Shown here piece after piece: positions 57,551 through 64,000 of a stretch of 64,000 bases of DNA (positions within the stretch are counted from its first letter, which is position 1; each line of letters begins with the position of its first letter). The notes beneath the pieces are model-generated. The model did not search any database. It was not told where the DNA came from and worked only from the letters and a program-made list of their open reading frames with translations. The position numbers were made by a program, and so were the translations under genes. This DNA is from an uncultured Acidobacteriaceae bacterium (GTDB lineage Bacteria > Acidobacteriota > Terriglobia > Terriglobales > Acidobacteriaceae), in the NCBI GenBank assembly GCA_964559875.1, contig CAZLJQ010000004.1, positions 5,820 to 69,819 on the forward strand, in the 5' to 3' direction.

Positions 57551-57767
57551 TGCGCGCAAATTGCTCCGTGGTCTTTCGGCGTGTGCGATGGGTGACCGAC
57601 GGGTGCCAGCGAAAAGCAGGGTGGAATAGGGATGGAGTAGGGTGCGCGAGGTAGGGGCTTCGTCTATGATTGAAACCCAGAGGAAAGCGCGCTGCGCGCG
57701 CCGCGTGGAGGCTGGCGATCGGCTGGCAAGCGGCAGCGAAGAAGCAGAACTGAAGGGAAATGCGACG

Positions 57768-58382
57768 ATGAAGAAAAAGATGGTAGCTGTGGTTACGGTG
57801 GTGATGATGATGGTTGCGGCCTCATGGGCGGCGGACACGAGCGCACTGCATCCTCCGAAGGGGAGCAGGATTGCGCTGGTGGTCTTCGAAGACCTGGAGT
57901 GTCCGGCGTGCGCCAAGGCCGAACCCTTGCTATTGCAGGCAGAACGTAACTATGGGCTGCCGCTGGTGCGGCATGACTTTGTTATCCCCAACCATGCGTG
58001 GAGCAAGGAAGCGCACATCATGGCGCGCTGGTTCGATACGCAGTCGCCGCAATTGGGCGAGGAGTTCCGGCATTACATCTTTACGAACCAGAACGCGATC
58101 TACAAGACGAACCTGCGCGGGTGGGCAGACAAGTTCGCCAACGCACACGGCCATCCGCTGCCGTCCTTCTACGATCCGACGGGTGCACTGCGCTCCAAGG
58201 TGGAGACCGACACGCAGCTTGGGATTGCAACCGGCGTGCACGTGACACCAACGATCTACGTGGTGACCGATTCGGCGCGTGTGCCGTTTGAACAGGTGGC
58301 AGACCAGGGGAAGCTCTTTGAGACGATTGAGAAGGTAAAAGGCGAGCTGCCGCCTGAGCCAAAGACGGCAAAGAAGAAGTAA
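57768..58382 (+). CDS. DsbA-family thiol:disulfide oxidoreductase, paralog 1 (CPAC)
   Basis: Signal peptide (MKKKMVAVVTVVMMMVAASWA) and the thioredoxin-fold active site FEDLECPACAKAEP. Confidence 0.8.
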   Translation: MKKKMVAVVTVVMMMVAASWAADTSALHPPKGSRIALVVFEDLECPACAKAEPLLLQAERNYGLPLVRHDFVIPNHAWSKEAHIMARWFDTQSPQLGEEFRHYIFTNQNAIYKTNLRGWADKFANAHGHPLPSFYDPTGALRSKVETDTQLGIATGVHVTPTIYVVTDSARVPFEQVADQGKLFETIEKVKGELPPEPKTAKKK

Positions 58383-58402
58383 GACAGCAAGGACACGCAA
58401 CG

Positions 58403-59032
58403 ATGAAGACGAAGGTCATGACGCTGGCTGCAGTGGTGGTGATGATGTTTGCGTCCGCGTGGGCGGCTGATATGAGCGCGGCAGAGACAAGCGCACTGCA
58501 GCCTCCGAAGGGGAGACGGATTGCGCTGGTGGCCTTTGAGGACCTGGAGTGTCAGGCGTGCGCCAAAGCCGAACCCTTGCTTATGCAGGCGGAGCGTAAC
58601 TACGGGCTGCCGCTGGTGCGGCATGACTTTGTCATCCCCGTTCATGTGTGGAGCGAAGAAGCACACATCATGGCGCGCTGGTTCGATGCGCAATCGCCAG
58701 AGTTGGGCGAAGAGTTCCGGCATTACATCTTTACAAACCAGAACGCGATCTATAAGACGAACCTGCGGGAGTGGGCGGAGAAGTTCGGCAGGACACAAGG
58801 CCATCCGCTGCCGGTTACCTTCGATCCGGCACTGCGCTCCAAGGTAGAAGCCGACAAGCAGCTTGGAATCGCACTCGGCGTGCACGGGACGCCGACGATT
58901 TTCGTGGTGACCAATTCGCCGAAGGTGCAGTTTGTTCAGGTGATGGACACGGAGAAGCTCTTCGAGACGATTGATAAGGTGAATGAGGAGTTGAAGAACG
59001 AGCCGCAGCCAGCACCAACAAAGAAGAAGTAA
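58403..59032 (+). CDS. DsbA-family thiol:disulfide oxidoreductase, paralog 2 (CQAC)
   Basis: Signal peptide and FEDLECQACAKAEP. It shares long identical runs with paralog 1 (AERNYGLPLVRHDFVIP, EAHIMARWFD, GEEFRHYIFTNQNAIYKTNLR). Confidence 0.8.
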   Translation: MKTKVMTLAAVVVMMFASAWAADMSAAETSALQPPKGRRIALVAFEDLECQACAKAEPLLMQAERNYGLPLVRHDFVIPVHVWSEEAHIMARWFDAQSPELGEEFRHYIFTNQNAIYKTNLREWAEKFGRTQGHPLPVTFDPALRSKVEADKQLGIALGVHGTPTIFVVTNSPKVQFVQVMDTEKLFETIDKVNEELKNEPQPAPTKKK

Positions 59033-59052
59033 GAGACGGGCGGGAGACGAGG

Positions 59053-59526
59053 GTGAAACTCCACACCTATGAGGTCCAAGTGGATTGGACCGGCAACGAT
59101 GGCGAGGGCACGAAGAGTTACCGAGGCTATCGCCGCGATCACACGATCCGCTCCGCGGGCAAGACTTTGATTGAGGGTTCCAGCGACCCGAGCTTTCGCG
59201 GAGATGGTACCCGCTACAATCCGGAGGAGCTTCTGGTGGCGAGTCTTTCGGCGTGCCACATGCTCGGGTATCTGCATCTGTGTTCGGCAAATCACATCGC
59301 GGTTCTCGAATACAACGACGCTGCTTCTGGAGAGATGGCGGAGAGCGATGACGGCTCAGGAGAGTTTGTGCGTGTGGAGTTGAGACCGGCGGTGAAGATT
59401 TCCGCAGATGGAGACGTTGCAATGGCGAGGGCGCTGCACGCGGAGGCGCATCATTTGTGCTTTATCGCAAGGTCGGTGAAATTCCCGGTGGAAGTTGCGG
59501 CGGAGATTACGGCTGTTTCGGAATGA
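59053..59526 (+). CDS. OsmC/Ohr-family peroxiredoxin-like protein
   Basis: GTG start. YNPEELLVASLSACHMLGYLHLC and HHLCFIARSV carry the two conserved Cys of the OsmC family. Confidence 0.8.
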   Translation: MKLHTYEVQVDWTGNDGEGTKSYRGYRRDHTIRSAGKTLIEGSSDPSFRGDGTRYNPEELLVASLSACHMLGYLHLCSANHIAVLEYNDAASGEMAESDDGSGEFVRVELRPAVKISADGDVAMARALHAEAHHLCFIARSVKFPVEVAAEITAVSE

Positions 59527-59548
59527 CAATTTTCGGCGGTGAAAAATG

Positions 59549-59572
59549 AAGGCGCGGCTTCGGCTGCGCCTT
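59549..59572. terminator. Bidirectional terminator hairpin between osmC-like and thiL
   Basis: AAGGCGCGGC-TTCG-GCTGCGCCTT (10 bp with one G-T pair and a UUCG loop). It is flanked by an A-run upstream (GAAAAATG) and TTTCGTGTT downstream, so each strand reads a hairpin followed by a U-tract. Confidence 0.55.
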
Positions 59573-59704
59573 TCGTGTTGCACAAAGACTCACAGTCTCA
59601 CTGCTTTCCATATCCCAGAGTTGGAAATGCGCCAACTCTGGGCCACCCGACGTTGTTATAGATGAATGACACCTTAAGAAACAGATACACATTAAGGAAC
59701 AAAT

Positions 59705-60727
59705 TCATGGCTTGCGCGCGGAGCGTTTGGTGGAGCGGGTGGCGGCGGGAGTGAAGTACTGCCAGCCGAGAGGTTCGAGTTCGGTGGTGTAGCCGTTCTC
59801 GTGCTCCATGGAGATTTCGTCACCTTCGGTGATGTAGCCGATGAGAGAGAGCGAAACATCCTTGTATTCGGCGGGGAGACGGCGGCCGGGCGGGACGGTG
59901 AAGAGAAGCTGGTACTCGTCGCCTCCGTGGAGAGCGTGACGCAGTTCGACCTCGTGCCGATTGAGCGAGGCGATAGGGATGGCATTTTCCTGCAAGACGG
60001 CGCCAACGCCGGAGGCGCGGCAGAGGCGGGAGAGATCGAGCGAGAGGCCGTCGCTGATGTCGATCATGGCCGAGGGGATCTGCTTTTCGCCGAGGAAGCG
60101 GGCGAGGGCGAGCTGAGCCTGGGGATAGAAGTGCGCGGGATAAGAAGAGGCTCGGAAGCGGCGTTCGGGCGAGGCGTACATCTGCTCAAGCAGAGCGCAG
60201 GGTGCGCCGAGTTCTCCGCTGACGAAGATGCGGTCGCCGGGCTGAGCGGTGCTGCGCAGGATGGCCTTACCTTCGGCTACGGTGCCAACGACGGTGATGT
60301 CGGCGAGGACTCCGGCGGGGGATTGCGCCAGATCGCCTCCGGCGAGGGTGACTCCGGCTTGCTTGGCGAGGCTGAGAAGGCCGTCGAAAAACTGGTCGGC
60401 CCAGCGCTGGGGCAGCGCGGCGGGCAAAGCAAGAGAAAGAAAGGCGGCGAAGGGTTCGCCGCCCATGGCTGCGATGTCGGAGAGTCCGCGGGTGAGGCAG
60501 CGGTGGCCGACAGAGTCGGCGGGATGCCACTCGCGACGGAAGTGAATGCCTTCGAGCGAGAAGTCGGTGGTGACCAGAGTCTGGTGGCCGGGGAGAGCGG
60601 AGAGCAGGGCGCAATCGTCTCCGATGGAGCGGATGACGCGGGCAGGAACCGAGCGGCGCAGAGCGGGAAGAGCCGACTGGCTGGCGTGAGCAATGCGTTC
60701 GATGAGACGAGTCTCGGAAATAGGCAT
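59705..60727 (-). CDS. thiL: Thiamine-monophosphate kinase
   Basis: Start at MPISETRLIERI. Motifs: IGDDCALL, TTDFSLEGIHF and VTLAGGDLAQSP. Confidence 0.85.
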   Translation of the reverse strand: MPISETRLIERIAHASQSALPALRRSVPARVIRSIGDDCALLSALPGHQTLVTTDFSLEGIHFRREWHPADSVGHRCLTRGLSDIAAMGGEPFAAFLSLALPAALPQRWADQFFDGLLSLAKQAGVTLAGGDLAQSPAGVLADITVVGTVAEGKAILRSTAQPGDRIFVSGELGAPCALLEQMYASPERRFRASSYPAHFYPQAQLALARFLGEKQIPSAMIDISDGLSLDLSRLCRASGVGAVLQENAIPIASLNRHEVELRHALHGGDEYQLLFTVPPGRRLPAEYKDVSLSLIGYITEGDEISMEHENGYTTELEPLGWQYFTPAATRSTKRSARKP

Positions 60728-60919
60728 AACAGAGAGAAGCGTACTCGAAAAGACGGACGGGCGAAAGTGGAGCTTGACCAAGGAGCGGGCAGAAGAGAAA
60801 AGGCGGAGACGGGGCAAACGAGATTGTGGATACTTGGCGATGTATTGTGAGCTAACGAGAAAGGCAAGATCAAAAGCCCCACTCAAGCCAACAACGGGCT
60901 TGAATGGGCCCCCAGCCTG

Positions 60920-61342
60920 CTAGACGTTGGCGGATTCGCTGATCTGGGCGGTGAGTTCGTCGACCTTGCGCTCCAGGACGTGGCGGATGGAGAGGATGCC
61001 AATGAGGCGTCCATCGTCTTCGACCACGGGAAGGTGGCGCACCTGATGGTTGATCATGACGGCGGTGGCTTCGGCAATCGAAGTGGCGCGGGTTGCCAGG
61101 AGGACCGGGGTGGTCATGACTTCCCTGATGGGAAGCTGATGCGGGTCGCGGCCAGAGAGGGCAACGCGCTTCATGACGTCGCGCTCGGTGAAGACGCCGG
61201 CAACGATGCCGTGTTCATCCACAACGGCGGAGGCGCCCATGCGGCGGTGAATCATGGCCTCGATGGCATCGGCAACGGTGGCGGTGAGAGGAACTGAGGC
61301 GGGATTGGCAGCGCAGTAATTCAGAATGCTCATGGGGATCAC
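60920..61342 (-). CDS. CBS-domain pair protein
   Basis: Two CBS units (GASAVVDEHGIVAGVFTERDVMKRV; RHLPVVEDDGRLIGILSIRHVL). Confidence 0.8.
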   Translation of the reverse strand: MIPMSILNYCAANPASVPLTATVADAIEAMIHRRMGASAVVDEHGIVAGVFTERDVMKRVALSGRDPHQLPIREVMTTPVLLATRATSIAEATAVMINHQVRHLPVVEDDGRLIGILSIRHVLERKVDELTAQISESANV

Positions 61343-61568
61343 GTGTATGAAAGAGTAACTCTAAAGAGACGCCGGTGGGCCGAAAAGTTTCTTGATTGCG
61401 GAAATGAGCATTGAAATGCGCGTTTTCCGGCCTGATTCCGTAGCTGGAACAAGCGGAGAGGTGCACTCATGAGGATTAGCACTAGTGGGTAGAGGCTTTT
61501 AGGTCGCGGACGCTGGCTACTGAGCTGGCGGGTACGCGGCAATGAACACCGCTCGGTCGCGACGCTGG

Positions 61569-62474
61569 TTAGCTGGCGCTCTGCTTGCCGACTTCCGCCA
61601 TGGTGGTGCGGAGATACTTGTGAGGATTGACGGGAACACTCTGGATGCGGACCTCGTAGTGAAGATGAGGCGCGGTGACCCGGCCGGTTGTGCCTACGTA
61701 TCCGATGACCTGTCCGCGACGGACATGCTGGCCGGGAGTGATGGCGAATCCGGAGAGATGGCCGTAACGGGTGGCGATGCCGTAGCCATGATCGACGTTG
61801 ATGAGGCGTCCGTAGCCGCTCATAAACTCGGCGAAGGTAACGACGCCGTCGGCAGCAGCGTGGACCGGAGTACCGTAGGGAACCGAGATATCGACGCCGC
61901 TATGAAACGCACCTTCTCCGTTGAAGGGATCGACGCGCTCGCCGAAGGAGCTGGTGATACGGCCTTCGACTGGCCACAAGGAGGGAGCGTCGGCAATGCG
62001 AGTCCAATCGGAGAGCGAGGCGAGACGATGGGTTGGGTCCTGCAGGCCGGCAGCAGCGCTCCCGTTAAGGGCCGAGCCGCGAAGCGCGTAGAGAGTATTG
62101 AGCGAAGCCTGATATTGGCCGGGCTGCACGTCAGCATTGGTGGGCAGCAGGTGGGTGTTGGTCTTGAGTCCGTAGATGGCGGAGACTTCGCCGGCAATAG
62201 AGCCAAGAGATGCTACCTGAACATCCTTTTCCTTGGAGACCTGCTCAAGTTGCGAGTAGTTGCGCTTGATCTGGTCCTTCTCGGCACGAAGATCGTTGAA
62301 GCGTTCGACCTTCCACAACATGCGGGCGTAGGAGCCAGCCATGCCGGTAATGGTGAACATTCCGATGATGGCGCCAGCGAGGAAGACGTAAAGGTAGTGA
62401 ACTGGGATGGGGATCTTGCGGAGCTGGCCTTCTGCGTCGCGTGCAACAAAAAGGATGTACCAGCGCTTCCGCAA
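61569..62474 (-). CDS. M23-family metallopeptidase (membrane-anchored)
   Basis: Catalytic motifs FHSGVDISVPYGTPVHAAADG and GTTGRVTAPHLHYEV, with a TM helix and coiled-coil upstream. The proposed TTG start at 62474 lies 6 nt after AGGAG. The ORF continues upstream to 62624 without an RBS. Confidence 0.8.
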   Translation of the reverse strand: MRKRWYILFVARDAEGQLRKIPIPVHYLYVFLAGAIIGMFTITGMAGSYARMLWKVERFNDLRAEKDQIKRNYSQLEQVSKEKDVQVASLGSIAGEVSAIYGLKTNTHLLPTNADVQPGQYQASLNTLYALRGSALNGSAAAGLQDPTHRLASLSDWTRIADAPSLWPVEGRITSSFGERVDPFNGEGAFHSGVDISVPYGTPVHAAADGVVTFAEFMSGYGRLINVDHGYGIATRYGHLSGFAITPGQHVRRGQVIGYVGTTGRVTAPHLHYEVRIQSVPVNPHKYLRTTMAEVGKQSAS

Positions 62475-62797
62475 ATGAGTTCTCCTGAATATTAACGACA
62501 GGCACGGCCGGAATCGAGGCCAGCAGCGGGAATTCACAAGAGGCGACGTCCTGACAGGGCGTCTGTACGCCCCTCCCTTGCCCACTGATTTTGTTTTAGA
62601 CGACTTGAAGAGACTAACAACCATGGTGTACTAGCGTCAACAAGAAGAATGCGTAACGGTTACCCAATAGGCCGATGAGATTCGAGTTACCGTGTAAAAG
62701 TTGCCCGCTGAAAAGCGATGAAAACACGAAGACGGCAGTGAAGCAAGCGATGAAAGCCTTCGCGCGGGCGGCACTGTTATAATCAAAGACTACGCCA

Positions 62798-63382
62798 ATG
62801 CCGACGAAATCTACTACTGGACTTCCTGCCTTCGAGGCACCTTCCCAGAAACAGAAAATCCGTTCTACCACAGTGCTTTGCGTGCGACGCGCAGGGCGAG
62901 TGGTGATGGCCGGAGATGGACAGGTGACACTCGGTGATCATGTCATTAAACAGAGCGCGCGAAAGATCCGGCGCTTGTACCAAGGGAAAATTCTTGCAGG
63001 CTTTGCGGGCTCGACGGCGGATGCGTTTTCGCTGTTTGCGCGCTTTGAGACAAAGCTGGAGCAGTATGCGGGGAACCTGGGACGCTCCGCAGTGGAGCTG
63101 GCCAAGGATTGGCGCACGGACAAGAGTCTGCGCCAGCTGGAAGCACTGCTGCTGGTGGCCGACCAGAGCCAGACGTACTTGCTCAGCGGAAATGGCGACG
63201 TGATTGAACCCGACGATGATATTGCCGCAATCGGCAGTGGCGGGCCTTTCGCACTGAGCGCGGCACGCGCGCTGCTGCAGTTTACCGAGCTGGACGCGCT
63301 GAAAATTGCCGAAGCGTCGATGACAATTGCCGGACAGACCTGCATTTATACGAACGAAAAGTTCACGATCGAAGAGCTCTAA
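62798..63382 (+). CDS. hslV: ATP-dependent protease subunit HslV
   Basis: [37 protein letters not shown]...[10 protein letters not shown]. The only in-frame start gives a 23-aa leader before the catalytic Thr. Confidence 0.9.
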   Translation: MPTKSTTGLPAFEAPSQKQKIRSTTVLCVRRAGRVVMAGDGQVTLGDHVIKQSARKIRRLYQGKILAGFAGSTADAFSLFARFETKLEQYAGNLGRSAVELAKDWRTDKSLRQLEALLLVADQSQTYLLSGNGDVIEPDDDIAAIGSGGPFALSAARALLQFTELDALKIAEASMTIAGQTCIYTNEKFTIEEL

Positions 63383-63487
63383 GAGCCTGCGTACGGCTTG
63401 CCTGCAAAATGCGGCAGGCTGGACGGAGGCGGAAGTATAAGGCGTCCGAAAAGGGGCTGCGGCCTTGGAGGCCGAAAGGAATTAGCA

Positions 63488-64000
63488 ATGGCGATTTACC
63501 TGCCACAGACCGTGGAAGAAGAGTTGATTGCGTTGGACGAGTTGACGCCGCGCGAAATTGTGGCCGAGTTGGATAAGTACGTGGTGGGACAGCACGACGC
63601 CAAGCGCGCCGTGGCCATCGCACTACGGAACCGGATGCGGCGGCAGAAACTTTCGCCGGAGATGGCCGAAGAGGTGATGCCGAAAAACATCATCATGATT
63701 GGGCCGACCGGAGTGGGAAAAACAGAGATCGCGCGCAGGCTGGCAAAGCTGGCGAACTCACCGTTCCTGAAGGTGGAGGCTTCGAAGTTTACGGAAGTGG
63801 GCTACGTGGGCCGCGACGTGGAATCGATGATTCGCGACCTGATCGAGATTGCCATTGATATGGTGCGCGAGGAAAAGCTTGAGGACGTTGCGGAAAAGGC
63901 GGAGATGAATGCAGAGGAGCGCATTCTGGATCTGCTACTACCGCCTTCCCCGGGTACGGTGACGGCTCCGGCGGATGGCGCGGCAGCGCCAGCAGGCACA
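63488..64000 (+). CDS. hslU: ATP-dependent protease ATPase subunit HslU (5' part; runs off the window)
   Basis: [34 protein letters not shown], Walker A ([15 protein letters not shown]) and [24 protein letters not shown]. There is no stop before position 64000. Confidence 0.9.
   Translation, partial: MAIYLPQTVEEELIALDELTPREIVAELDKYVVGQHDAKRAVAIALRNRMRRQKLSPEMAEEVMPKNIIMIGPTGVGKTEIARRLAKLANSPFLKVEASKFTEVGYVGRDVESMIRDLIEIAIDMVREEKLEDVAEKAEMNAEERILDLLLPPSPGTVTAPADGAAAPAGT

Noticed and set aside
57155-57767. Tested by eye for known structured RNAs (RNase P, SRP/4.5S, tmRNA, common riboswitch cores)
   Set aside because: I did not find the hallmark conserved strings: GAGGAAAGTCC for RNase P, the GGAAGCAGCC-type SRP domain IV, or a tRNA-like TTCGAATCC...CCA end. 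The region is kept only as an unclassified sRNA candidate.
57164-57916. 250-aa minus-strand ORF spanning the ispE-dsbA gap
   Set aside because: The translation is low-complexity and Ser/Thr/Ala/Pro-rich. It overlaps the start of the dsbA-like gene, has no RBS or motifs, and crosses a plus-strand terminator. I treated the region as non-coding.
58256-59422. 388-aa minus-strand ORF
   Set aside because: It is antisense to the second DsbA paralog and the OsmC-like gene, with an Arg/Pro/Cys/His-rich shadow composition.
59801-60850. 349-aa plus-strand ORF
   Set aside because: It is antisense to thiL. The translation is Gly/Ala/Glu/Asp-rich with no motifs, whereas the thiL frame carries the IGDDCALL and GGDL signatures.
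61542-62495. 317-aa plus-strand ORF
   Set aside because: It is antisense to the M23 peptidase gene, whose HxxxD and HxH motifs are intact.

Overview
High-GC, gene-dense bacterial chromosomal segment. I could not run a search; the gene content (many TPR, DinB and ECF-sigma genes, extended ribosomal proteins) loosely suggests an Acidobacteriota-like organism. I call about 62 protein genes, one tRNA-Gln(UUG), several intrinsic terminators, two operator-like palindromes and a family of REP-like intergenic hairpins. I found no rRNA, CRISPR array, transposase or integrase. Housekeeping content: ddl, arginase, asnS, prmC-prfA, recG, acpS, lipA, purL-purF, dgt, ogt, thiL, hslVU, and a long minus-strand array of ispE, tRNA-Gln, prs, ctc, pth, rpsF, rpsR and rplI. 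Accessory or less ordinary content: (1) TetR plus HlyD efflux genes at the left edge. (2) A small islet holding a secreted ankyrin protein, higBA and a visibly AT-rich 460-bp non-coding tract. (3) A roughly 17-kb two-armed envelope locus at 25.9-43.0 kb. Its minus arm is an 8-gene operon that resembles a Pel-type exopolysaccharide system (TPR/beta-barrel giant, GT4, PST-type permease) but carries an unusual accessory set: a STAS protein, a degenerate nucleotidyltransferase, a protein with a ParB/Srx-like motif, a Pro-rich secreted protein and a Tmk-like kinase. Its plus arm encodes a GT-C (ArnT/PMT-like) membrane glycosyltransferase, three anchored or secreted proteins of unknown function and a TPR protein. 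(4) A CDF transporter with tandem FixH/YtkA-like paralogs. (5) An ECF sigma, HEAT anti-sigma and DUF4097 module. (6) Tandem DsbA paralogs plus OsmC, preceded by a 600-bp non-coding region with a strong intrinsic terminator (candidate sRNA). The two-armed envelope locus is my best candidate for an undescribed system. All functional calls rest on motifs read by eye and need HMM or structure confirmation.
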